Source: a plasmid
Sequence record: NZ_CP025194.1
DNA: 50,633 nucleotides
Strand: one strand, 5' to 3'
Of the stretch, positions 27,056-35,759 are shown in pieces (positions within the stretch are counted from its first letter, which is position 1; each line of letters opens with the position of its first letter). The notes beneath the pieces were generated by a model. It was not told where the DNA came from. It saw only the letters and a program-made list of their open reading frames with translations, and ran no database searches. The translations under genes were made by a program, and so were the position numbers.

Positions 27056-30000
27056 TCCTCCTCGTCCTCCTCTCCCTCATCGTCATCCTCATCTTCGATC
27101 TCCACCTCCTCGGCATCCTCCGCGCTGGGCATGGCCGATTTGGGGAGCAGGTCGAGCACCGCCTGGTCAGGCTTCTTCTCCGTCCAGTCAGGCGGGGTCA
27201 GGCCGAAGACGGGTTGCAGCATGGCGTGCCAAGCGCGGAACTCGGCGAACTTCTGTGCCACCGCGTTCTTCTCGCGGCGCAAGGCAGGTGGAGCGGCGCG
27301 CAGCAGTGCTTCGATCAGCCGGACAATCGGGTCGCCGAGCTTGATTCCGTGCCGGGTGGTGAAGGAGCGTGCGGCGCCGATGCCTGCTGCACCGCCGCCA
27401 GCATCAACATAGGTGAGGGCGAGGGCCTGCGCCTTGTCGAGATGCGTGCGGAAGACCGTGTCACGTGGATGGATCTTCAGCGCTTCGGTCTTCTTGATCC
27501 GCTTGCCCTTGCCGGGCTCCCAGCCGAACAGCAGTTGCTGGGCCTCGGCTTCGGTGAGCGGCTCGGCGCGCCTTCGGTTGGCAGCGGAGAGGATGTTCAC
27601 TTTGTCCGCCTTCACGGCGATCAGGCCCGCCTGTTCAAGGCTGGAGACGTCCATGCCGACCGCGTGGCCGAGCAGCTTCGCTTCGTTGAAGCGGAACTCG
27701 GCAGCGCTTAGTGTTGCCCAGCAGAGCAAGGCGAACTGCGCCTCGGCCTCGACGCCCTGCAGACCGGCCTGTGCCAGTTGGCGGATGCGCCAGCCGGCGA
27801 CCGCATCGGCCGCGATATCGATGGCTGCGCCAACGTTGACAGGCTCGCCGGTGTCCGTGCGGACTTGGTCGTAGGCCGAGAAGACCTCCATTGCCGGACC
27901 GAAGCTGCCAACGAGCTGGTCCACCGGGTTCAGGCCCTCTGCCGAGAGCCGCTCGGCGGCTGCCTCGGCGGCGGTGCGGATGCGGGCCTGCATCGCCGTA
28001 TCGAAGTAGCCGGTACCGGCGTGATCGGGGCGGACCCGAGCGACGAGGATGACGGTGGACTGGGCCGCGTTCTTCTTCGCTTGGTGGAGGCTGTGCTCGC
28101 TCTCGGTCTTGACCGGCCAGGTCGCAGTGATGGTGAAGCCTGCCTCGATGAGAGACGCAAACAGCGCCTCCCAGGCTTCCTGCTTCTTGTGCGTGAACAT
28201 CACGGTTAGCACGCCATCTTGCCGCAGCACGCGATGCGCTTCGGCGAAAACCTTTGTCATGAGCGACTGGTAGTGCGCCTGCGCGGCGGCCGCGGCCTCC
28301 TTTGCCGTCTTGAAGCTCGAGCGGAAACGCGCGTCGTTCTTCACCGCTTCATCAGCGTTCTCGCACAGCAAGGAAGAGAACCATTCGGGGCGGCGGCTGC
28401 CTTGACTACGCTTCAGCCAAACGTAGAAGAAGTCGGCCAACTCGCTGTACTGGACATTATCAGAGTACGGCGGGTCAACAACGACAGCGTCCAAGGATTT
28501 GTCGTCGAGATGAATTAGGGACGTCGCTGAGCCCTGCGAGCAGACAATCTCGGAGCGCGCAGTTGCCATCGGCAACTTTGCCACGCCTCCATACGCTTCA
28601 ATGACGCTGTCGATTGCCCACGCCAAACCACCGGTTCCCTGTACCGGCATCATCTCTGTAAAGGTGAGCTTGAAAGAGAAATCGTGGCGATCGAAGACAC
28701 CCCGGATAACCTGATGCGACGTATGCCACGAGGCCATCATGCAATTGTAGTTCGTGAGCTTGTCGATCACGAAGGCCAGCAGATGGACTATCGCTTCCCC
28801 AGCGTCCTCGCCTTCGTCAGCAAGGATTGCGGGACGGAGCGCCTGCAGTTCCTCCATCAGCACGCCGAAACCGAGTAGCTGCCGGGGGCTAAACATGTCC
28901 GCCCAGCGGGGCATTCCGTAGGTTCGCGGTCGAGCGTCCGTCGTGGTCAGAGGATATTCCTCGGCCGGAATCAGATTCCGCGTTTCCCAATCACCGCGCC
29001 ACTGCTGCAACTGCGCCTCCGCTGCGTCGAGCGCCTCAAGGTCAGCGTTCTGTGGGGGACGGAACTTCAGACCCTGCGGTGTCTTCAACGCAACCGCATA
29101 GAGGGCGCTGCCCATCCGTCCGGCCTTAGCCTGCGCCTTGATCCAGTCGCCTGGGATGACTTCGCCGGTGAAGAGACTGATGCCCTTCCCCTTGGCGTAG
29201 GTCCGCGCCGGCGGTGTGGCGAGCGCGGCGGGGCCGACACCGATCGGCCTAATTTCCGTCGTCCAGGTGCCGGCTGCCTTGTCCACCACGGGCTTCGCGA
29301 CTACCGGGATGCCGCCCTTAGGCTTCAGCAAATGCCAATCCGGCACAAGCGGCGTCATGTGCCCTGTCGTCGGGCAGGGAATGGTGCGCGCGAAGATGTA
29401 GCAGAGCGGCGGAATGCCACCGAAAGCCGGATCGACAACGGTCGGGAAGAAGCGTTCCATCTTTGCATTGAAGCGCTTCCGCCAGATCGCCCCCCAGTGG
29501 CGAGCACGATCCGCAAGCTTCGGCCCGTAGCGGAACGGGTAGTCGAGCGTCGCTTCCAGGACGCTGCACGCCACAGGATTGTATTCGTTAACAAGGGTTG
29601 GAAAGCCGAGGCGTGCGCTCTCTAATGGGATTGAGCCGCCGCCGGACATTGGGTCCATGACCGTTGGCAGATGGCCCCAGAGGGCCTTCGCTGCTTCGTG
29701 TGCTGCAGCGATGTCCTTGGACTTTAAGGGAGCGCGAAAGGCGCGCGTCCCATGCGGGTTATCGATCTTGGTCCCGCTCGCCCGCGCGGCGGCGAGCATC
29801 TCCTCGCCGGCAATGATGTAGGCGGACGGCCCCCAGAATCCCATCAGCCGCTCGAAGGTATCCTTCGGGAAATCCGCCGGCAGCACGCTCGCCAGGACCG
29901 CGGCGCGGCTGGCAGCCAGCGGTCGACGCGCCCACCAAATGTGAAAGCGCTTGTCGGGTGGCTGCTGGCCAGTGCTCCGCTCACGGATGCATTCAACACC

Positions 30001-30078
30001 GATGGCTGCGGCCGGTAGCCACTCCTCGATCAACAGCCGTGGCCGTTCTGCCTTGTTGCCGTCCGGCATGTCTGACAT
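27052..30078 (-). CDS. DUF1156-type N6-adenine DNA methyltransferase (1008 aa)
   Basis: N-terminal RLLIEEWLP..IGVE..ER motif typical of DUF1156/COG1743 proteins. Catalytic DPPY motif (VVDPPYSDNVQYSELADFFYVWL). Acidic C-terminal tail. Start taken as MSDMPDGNK at 30078. Confidence 0.75.
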   Translation of the reverse strand: MSDMPDGNKAERPRLLIEEWLPAAAIGVECIRERSTGQQPPDKRFHIWWARRPLAASRAAVLASVLPADFPKDTFERLMGFWGPSAYIIAGEEMLAAARASGTKIDNPHGTRAFRAPLKSKDIAAAHEAAKALWGHLPTVMDPMSGGGSIPLESARLGFPTLVNEYNPVACSVLEATLDYPFRYGPKLADRARHWGAIWRKRFNAKMERFFPTVVDPAFGGIPPLCYIFARTIPCPTTGHMTPLVPDWHLLKPKGGIPVVAKPVVDKAAGTWTTEIRPIGVGPAALATPPARTYAKGKGISLFTGEVIPGDWIKAQAKAGRMGSALYAVALKTPQGLKFRPPQNADLEALDAAEAQLQQWRGDWETRNLIPAEEYPLTTTDARPRTYGMPRWADMFSPRQLLGFGVLMEELQALRPAILADEGEDAGEAIVHLLAFVIDKLTNYNCMMASWHTSHQVIRGVFDRHDFSFKLTFTEMMPVQGTGGLAWAIDSVIEAYGGVAKLPMATARSEIVCSQGSATSLIHLDDKSLDAVVVDPPYSDNVQYSELADFFYVWLKRSQGSRRPEWFSSLLCENADEAVKNDARFRSSFKTAKEAAAAAQAHYQSLMTKVFAEAHRVLRQDGVLTVMFTHKKQEAWEALFASLIEAGFTITATWPVKTESEHSLHQAKKNAAQSTVILVARVRPDHAGTGYFDTAMQARIRTAAEAAAERLSAEGLNPVDQLVGSFGPAMEVFSAYDQVRTDTGEPVNVGAAIDIAADAVAGWRIRQLAQAGLQGVEAEAQFALLCWATLSAAEFRFNEAKLLGHAVGMDVSSLEQAGLIAVKADKVNILSAANRRRAEPLTEAEAQQLLFGWEPGKGKRIKKTEALKIHPRDTVFRTHLDKAQALALTYVDAGGGAAGIGAARSFTTRHGIKLGDPIVRLIEALLRAAPPALRREKNAVAQKFAEFRAWHAMLQPVFGLTPPDWTEKKPDQAVLDLLPKSAMPSAEDAEEVEIEDEDDDEGEEDEEE

Positions 30079-30086
30079 CCCCACTC

Positions 30087-30530
30087 CTACTTCACAGCTT
30101 CGGTGATGATGCGCAGCGCCCTCACCCAGCGCAGCCCGCGGCCATCCTGCATACGGCCAAACCAGGAGGCCGCCTCGGTCGCGTCCGCGCTGTGGAAATG
30201 CTCGGCCGACTTCGACAGGCGCCGGGCTTCGCGCAACCCTCTCGCCACGATCGCGAAGCCCGCGACGCGCGCGCCCCAATCCGCATCGAGCGGCTGATAA
30301 GGTCCTGGCTCCAGCTTCGCCTTGCCGCCATTCGCCTTCAGTGCCGAGCGCAGCAGGCCAGATGAGGCGGTCAGCGCCAAAGGCGACAGTGCCGCCACCC
30401 GGTCGAAGCGCTCCTCCATCCGGTCATTCACGCGGCGTCGATAGATGATGGCGGCGAGCCCTTCGCGCCGCTGCACCACGCGCAGGGCAAAAGGTGCTGT
30501 ACGCGTTGCCTGCACCTGAAGTGATGCCAT
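30087..30530 (-). CDS. Hypothetical protein (147 aa) packed between the upstream gene and the methyltransferase
   Basis: The ORF exactly fills the 30079..30534 gap (5-bp and 8-bp spacers), suggesting translational coupling in the operon. Confidence 0.35.
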   Translation of the reverse strand: MASLQVQATRTAPFALRVVQRREGLAAIIYRRRVNDRMEERFDRVAALSPLALTASSGLLRSALKANGGKAKLEPGPYQPLDADWGARVAGFAIVARGLREARRLSKSAEHFHSADATEAASWFGRMQDGRGLRWVRALRIITEAVK

Positions 30531-30534
30531 CGTG

Positions 30535-31734
30535 TCAGGCCGAGAGCGGCGCGAAACGCGCCTCGATGGTGGCCGTGTCTGGCAGCTGCATGAAGAGGCT
30601 CCGCAAGAGGGCGCCCAGGTCAGCCTTGCCGTCCTTGCCGAAGCCTAGCACCACAGTCACGCGGATCGAGCTGCCCGGCGCCAAGGCATTCCCCAGGGTC
30701 TGCGCCATAGTCAGAGGTTTAATGGCCGCAGCAACCTTTGTCTCCGCGACGCTGAAGGCCAGCTTGCCGCCATCCTTCATGTCACCTGTCAGTTCAGCTT
30801 CGACGGTGATGTTCGTGGCACCAAGCGGGCTAGCTGCGCCAAGCGCCTTCTGCGCATCGGCGGCCGTCAGGCAGGTGATGCGGAGCGAGAGCAGATTGCG
30901 CTTATCGGCGTAGCCCGACGCAACTTCAGTGTCCGTAGTCGAGGCCGGCCCAGCTCCCTTGGGCGGCGGTTGGGGGATTGGTAGTCCGCCAGGAGGCGAC
31001 ACAGGTTCGTGGGCGCCAGACTCCTTCAGCCAGCCCTGCGCCGCTGCGCTGCCGGACTCGGCGACACGGATCGCCTCGTCCATCGGAAGCGTGGTCAGCT
31101 TGCGCCCTTCATCGCGCCTGCGATGGCCGTTGGTCGTGTAGACTGCCCCCTTGGCGTCGAAGGCCGTCCCGTCCTCTTGCCTCACCGCCAGCTTGCCGTC
31201 GGCGACAGCACGCAGAATGGAAGCGCGCACGACCGTGGCGTTCGGCACCAGGCGCAGACCCTGCGCCGAGAGGAAGCGCCGGTGCAACGCCGATGCCGAG
31301 CGTGCCTCCGGTTCGTCCGCCAGAGGCACGGCGCCGCCGAACACCAGTTCCAGTAAGCGATCGGGGAAGAGGCTATCCGTGTCGCCGTAGATGAGTTTCC
31401 GGTCCTCGACGAAGGCTTTCACAGCGTCCTGGCCGGAGGGAAGCTGCATTGGCGGTGTGTCAGGGGGCGTGATGAAACGCTCGTCGATCGTGAGGACAGC
31501 ACCATCGGCAAGCAGGAGGCGATTGAAGGCCCGTGCTGCTTCCAGACGCGTCGCCTTCCGCAGTTCCGGGATTTGCTTCTTGAGCTGCTCGCGCGCCAGC
31601 TTACCGCCTTCGCTGTTCGTCTGCTCGCTTTCGATCGCCTCGGCCGCCATTAGGCGCCGAATGCGCTCGATCGCCTTCTCCAGCCCGTTCGTGTCGGGCG
31701 CCACGGCGAGGATGGCGTTGCGGTAGGTGCGCAT
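30535..31734 (-). CDS. Hypothetical protein (400 aa from the Met at 31734). Possibly the C-terminal remnant of a larger gene cut by the IS6-B copy 4 insertion.
   Basis: The reading frame stays open back into the IS terminus at 31756. No nucleotide-binding motifs. Confidence 0.35.
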   Translation of the reverse strand: MRTYRNAILAVAPDTNGLEKAIERIRRLMAAEAIESEQTNSEGGKLAREQLKKQIPELRKATRLEAARAFNRLLLADGAVLTIDERFITPPDTPPMQLPSGQDAVKAFVEDRKLIYGDTDSLFPDRLLELVFGGAVPLADEPEARSASALHRRFLSAQGLRLVPNATVVRASILRAVADGKLAVRQEDGTAFDAKGAVYTTNGHRRRDEGRKLTTLPMDEAIRVAESGSAAAQGWLKESGAHEPVSPPGGLPIPQPPPKGAGPASTTDTEVASGYADKRNLLSLRITCLTAADAQKALGAASPLGATNITVEAELTGDMKDGGKLAFSVAETKVAAAIKPLTMAQTLGNALAPGSSIRVTVVLGFGKDGKADLGALLRSLFMQLPDTATIEARFAPLSA

Positions 31735-31755
31735 CGTCTCCGCACCTGGCGTGTC

Positions 31756-32585
31756 GGCATTGTCACGTTGTTTGGGGACCGAGCAAGTTTGACCGCGAGG
31801 CGGAGTTTGCGTGACCTTACGCCGCCATATGGGCACACGTCTCCTGCCGCCAGATCCGAAAGGCCTTGGAGCGCTCGCGCCGGTATTGATCGGCGGCCAT
31901 CAGGTGCCGCCGCGGACGGAAGTGGCCATAGATCATCGCGTGCGCCGACAAAAACCGCTGGGCTTGCCCGGCTGACTTGAAGCGCTGCATCGCGCGTTCT
32001 CGACGTCGGGTCGGCCTATGGGAATTCTCGGCACGATTGTTCAGGTAGCGGCTGGTCCGATGCTGCACACCGGGTAGGACCTCTCGCTGTGCAACGCCAT
32101 AGCTGCGGAGCCCATCGGTGACGATCTTGCGGGGTCTATACTGGAGGCCCACCAGCAGGCGCTTGAAGAAGCGTTTGGCGGCCGTGGCATTGCGGCGCTC
32201 CTGCACCAGGATGTCGAGCACGACTCCGTGCTGATCCACCGCGCGCCAGAGATAAAAGAGCTCGCCGTTGATCTTCAGGTAAACTTCATCCATGTGCCAG
32301 GTGTCGCCCGGTCTTGGCCGCCGCTTGCGCAGCTTGGCCGCGAACTCCGTGCCGAAGCGGAGGCACCAGCGACGGATACTCTCGTAGCTGACCACTACGC
32401 CCCGCTCGGCCAGGATCAGCTCGATGTCGCGTAGGCTCAGGCTGAACAGGTGGTAGAGCCAGACAGCATGCTGGATGACCTCGGCCGGGAAACGGTAGCC
32501 GGGGTAGGTGGTGGGCTCGGACGGCATGCCGCCAGCTTCGCCTGACGAGTTCGTTCCAGCCAGAGCTGGCCAACGTGACAATGCC
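31756..32585 (-). mobile_element. IS6-family IS type B, copy 4 (inverted)
   Basis: 830 bp with terminal repeats GGCATTGTCACGTT at both ends. Transposase identical to the other copies. Confidence 0.85.
31817..32527 (-). CDS. tnp: IS6-family transposase (type B, copy 4)
   Basis: Identical 236-aa product. Confidence 0.9.
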   Translation of the reverse strand: MPSEPTTYPGYRFPAEVIQHAVWLYHLFSLSLRDIELILAERGVVVSYESIRRWCLRFGTEFAAKLRKRRPRPGDTWHMDEVYLKINGELFYLWRAVDQHGVVLDILVQERRNATAAKRFFKRLLVGLQYRPRKIVTDGLRSYGVAQREVLPGVQHRTSRYLNNRAENSHRPTRRRERAMQRFKSAGQAQRFLSAHAMIYGHFRPRRHLMAADQYRRERSKAFRIWRQETCAHMAA

Positions 32586-32855
32586 CGCGCGGCATCTCCT
32601 TCCTGTTCAGCCGCGAGCGCCTGAACGTCGCCGTCTCCCGGGCGCATTGCCTGGCCGTGGTGCTGGCCAGCCCCAGGCTGCTGGAAGTGCCCTGTGCCAC
32701 CGTGGAAGACCTCAGGCTGGTGAACACCCTCTGCCACGTTCACGCGGCAGGACAATAAGCATGATCTTGCGTTTTCTGAATGCACGCTGGAGGAAAAGTC
32801 CACCAGCAATTGGCCACCAGCGTCTGGTTACTGCATAGGTCAGGAGGATTGGAGC

Positions 32856-33527
32856 ATGCTTTGCGTCATTCAGTGTGCCGGATCCAAGCAGGCAAATGCA
32901 GCCACCCTCCCTACAATGAGCGGTCGTCGGGTGATGTTCGTAGCTCGTCCGGATGCAGCACCTCCAGAGAAAGGCGTCCTGTACGTTCATCCGGACAACA
33001 TATCGGACCTCACGGGCATCACATGGCGTCAGCGTGTCATGGCAGTGAATACCGGCCGCGAACCCGATCCAGGCCTCTGGATTGCTGGGAAGCTCTATCG
33101 TCCGAAAGCCTATGCACTCCTACTGGAAAAGCTGGGAATCGAAAGACTTTTCATCCTGTCTGCCGGCTGGGGACTCGTGCGTGCCGACTTTCTGCTTCCG
33201 GACTACGATATCACCTTCAGCACCTCGGCCGAACCCTGGAAGCGTCGGCGCGCCAGCGACAAGTTCTCGGACTTCAATGCCCTGGAGAGGACGCAGGAAG
33301 ATATCGTCTTCCTGGGCGGCAAGGACTACCTGCCCCTGTTCCTGCGCCTGACCAGGAGTGCTGCGGGACGGCGCCTCGTAGTGTACAACTCGGCTAATCC
33401 CCCAGTTGCATGTGGTTGTGCTCTGACCCGCTACCCGACAACCCGCCGGACCAACTGGCACTATGACTGCGCCGAGGCTCTCGCGGCAGGGACCTGGCAT
33501 CCTGATTTCGAGGCCGTCCCTTCCTGA
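32856..33527 (+). CDS. Hypothetical protein (223 aa) in a lower-GC islet
   Basis: ORF only, with codon usage unlike the flanks. No recognised motif. Confidence 0.3.
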   Translation: MLCVIQCAGSKQANAATLPTMSGRRVMFVARPDAAPPEKGVLYVHPDNISDLTGITWRQRVMAVNTGREPDPGLWIAGKLYRPKAYALLLEKLGIERLFILSAGWGLVRADFLLPDYDITFSTSAEPWKRRRASDKFSDFNALERTQEDIVFLGGKDYLPLFLRLTRSAAGRRLVVYNSANPPVACGCALTRYPTTRRTNWHYDCAEALAAGTWHPDFEAVPS

Positions 33528-33535
33528 AACGTCAT

Positions 33536-34294
33536 TCAGACCCTGCTGCCTGCCCGATGCCGCCGTAGCGCGACCCGGCTTGGAGCCAAGCGAGCATCGG
33601 AAACCTCCCTCAGCTTGCGACCATGCATCTCGCGATAGGTCGGTTCCATGATGGAGGCAGAAACCAGCACCTGCAGGGTATCCGGGTCAATCGCGAGAAG
33701 GCCGCAATCGAACAAGGTATGGAGGTCCGCACGAAGCAGCAGTCCGTTGGTAGGATGGTTGGTGGCCTCGCCCCGGTAAGGCAGGATGTGAGCCGCTTCC
33801 AACACGTCCAGTGTGCTGCACCCACTGATCGAACAGCGCGCGCCATACGCCTCGAGCAGATGATCGCGAAAGGCCTTCTGGCCTCGCCGAGCCCTGATCT
33901 CGCGCAGGATCTTCTCGCGGGCATCCACCGTCCCTTCGGGGTCGAAGGCAGTCGTATCGGCGTCGCCGGAGGCCAGCACCGGGAGAACGGCAGCAACTGC
34001 CGCGTTGTCATCGACCTCGACCGTGAAACCCAGACGGGTCAGGGCCCGGCGCACCGTACTCTCGCCGCCGGCGAACTCCGACGCCTTGAGCGGACGTGCG
34101 CCTGGAGAGCGGTAGCCGAACGCCACGCCCAGGATCGCCTTGGAAGCGTAGCGCCGACCATCGTGCAACAACCAATAGGATCGTGCCGGCCCGTAGCCGT
34201 ATTTCGCGAGAAACGCTTCTTCACCAAGACGATCATGTTCCTCGATCGCCCGTAGCACCGGTAGCGGATCGTTCAGCTCGCTGAGAGCGGCCAC
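33536..34294 (-). CDS. HNH endonuclease family protein (HNH_2-like C-terminal domain)
   Basis: C-terminal CSISGCSTLDVLEAAHILPY..NGLLLRADLHTLFDCGLLAI matches the HNH_2 signature seen in McrA-like/type IV restriction-like nucleases. Confidence 0.6.
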   Translation of the reverse strand: MAALSELNDPLPVLRAIEEHDRLGEEAFLAKYGYGPARSYWLLHDGRRYASKAILGVAFGYRSPGARPLKASEFAGGESTVRRALTRLGFTVEVDDNAAVAAVLPVLASGDADTTAFDPEGTVDAREKILREIRARRGQKAFRDHLLEAYGARCSISGCSTLDVLEAAHILPYRGEATNHPTNGLLLRADLHTLFDCGLLAIDPDTLQVLVSASIMEPTYREMHGRKLREVSDARLAPSRVALRRHRAGSRV

Positions 34295-34309
34295 TAGAGC
34301 GGTTTTCGA

Positions 34310-34954
34310 TCAGGCTGCATCGTATCCTGCGGCGGCGAAGTAGTTGGTGCATTCAGTGGGCGTGAAGGTGTCGATGATCCGGCCGATGGTGCTCCAGAGG
34401 CCTTCGACGCTGCGCTCGGCGGCCTTGCGGAGGCTGGCCTTCAGCTTGGCGAAGGCGTTCTCAATGGGGTTGAACTCGGGGCTGTAGGGCGGAAGGTAGA
34501 GCAAGCCTGCCCCGGCGGCTTCGATTGCAGCCCTGACGCCCGCGCCCTTGTGGCTGCCCAGGTTGTCCATGATAACGATGTCACCGGGCGCCAGTTCGGG
34601 TACCAGCACCTGGTCAACGTAGGCTTGGAAGGCGGCGCCGTTGATCGGCCCGTCGAGCACCATTGGCGCGACCATGCCGCTGTTGCGCAACCCGGCGATG
34701 AAGGTCGTGGTCTTCCAGTGGCCGTGCGGGATTGCGGCCCGCAGCCGTTGGCCACGACGTGCTCGACCATGGGTGCGCGCCATCTTCGTCGACGCCCAGG
34801 TTTCATCGATGAACACCAAGCGGTCCGGTTCGAGATCGGGCTGGCTCTCGAACCAGTCCCAGCGCTGTTTCAGGATGTCCGGCCGATCCTGCTCCGCGGC
34901 GTGCGCGGTCTTTTTTTGCGCGTGATCTGGTGTCGGCGAAAGAACCGCCAGATC
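34310..34954 (-). pseudogene. IS630/Tc1-family DDE transposase C-terminal fragment, N-terminus removed by IS21 copy II
   Basis: LVFIDETW..IVIMDNLGSHK..LPPYSPEFNPIENAF (DDE triad context). The ORF begins at the IS21 terminus at 34955. Confidence 0.7.
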
Positions 34955-35030
34955 TGTCAATCGGCACTGAATTGGGACCCCAGATCGGCACGCAAAAGGG
35001 ACCCTCTTGTGAGGTGTGTTGAGGGGGCGT

Positions 35031-35759
35031 TCAGGCGCGGTTCTTGAATCGCCAACTATCGTTGCCGGTCTCGACGATGTCGCAGTGGTGAGTGAGGCGG
35101 TCGAGTAAGGCAGTGGTCATCTTGGCGTCCCCAAAGACGCTGGGCCATTCACCAAAAGCGAGGTTGGTGGTGACGATGACCGAGGTCTGCTCGTAGAGAC
35201 GGCTGACAAGGTGGAACAGCAACTGGCCGCCGGACTGGGCGAATGGCAGATAGCCGAGCTCGTCGAGGACAACGAAATCCAGGCGGCAGAGATGATCGGC
35301 GATGCGCCCTTGTCGTCCGGCCCGGGTCTCGGCCTCGAGGCGGTTCACCAGGTCAACCACGTTGTAGAACCGTCCGCGCGCTCCATCGCGGATGCAGGCC
35401 CGGGCAATGGCGATAGCCAAATGAGTTTTGCCCGTGCCGGTGCCACCGACGAGCACCACGTTGCGCTGCTGGGCCAGGAACCCGCCACCCGCGAGATCAC
35501 GGACCAGAGCCTCGTTAACCGGGGTACCGTCGAACCCGAACTCGTCCACGTCCTTGGCCAGCGGCAGCTTGGCGGTGGCGATCTGATACTTGATCGAGCG
35601 CGCCTACTTCTCGGCGATCTCGGCCGAGACAAAGTCGCCGATAACCTGCTGTGGCTCATGCTGGCGTTTGACGGCGGTCGTGATGATGGCGTCAAACGCC
35701 GCGCGCATGCCGTAGAGCTTCAGCTCGCCCATGGTGGCGAGGATAGCGGTGCGTTCCAT
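35031..35759 (-). pseudogene. istB: IstB with premature stop (CAG->TAG at ~35597)
   Basis: gcctacttctc here versus gcctgcttctc in copy I, giving EK* in place of EKQ. The Walker A-containing downstream part is intact. Confidence 0.75.
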
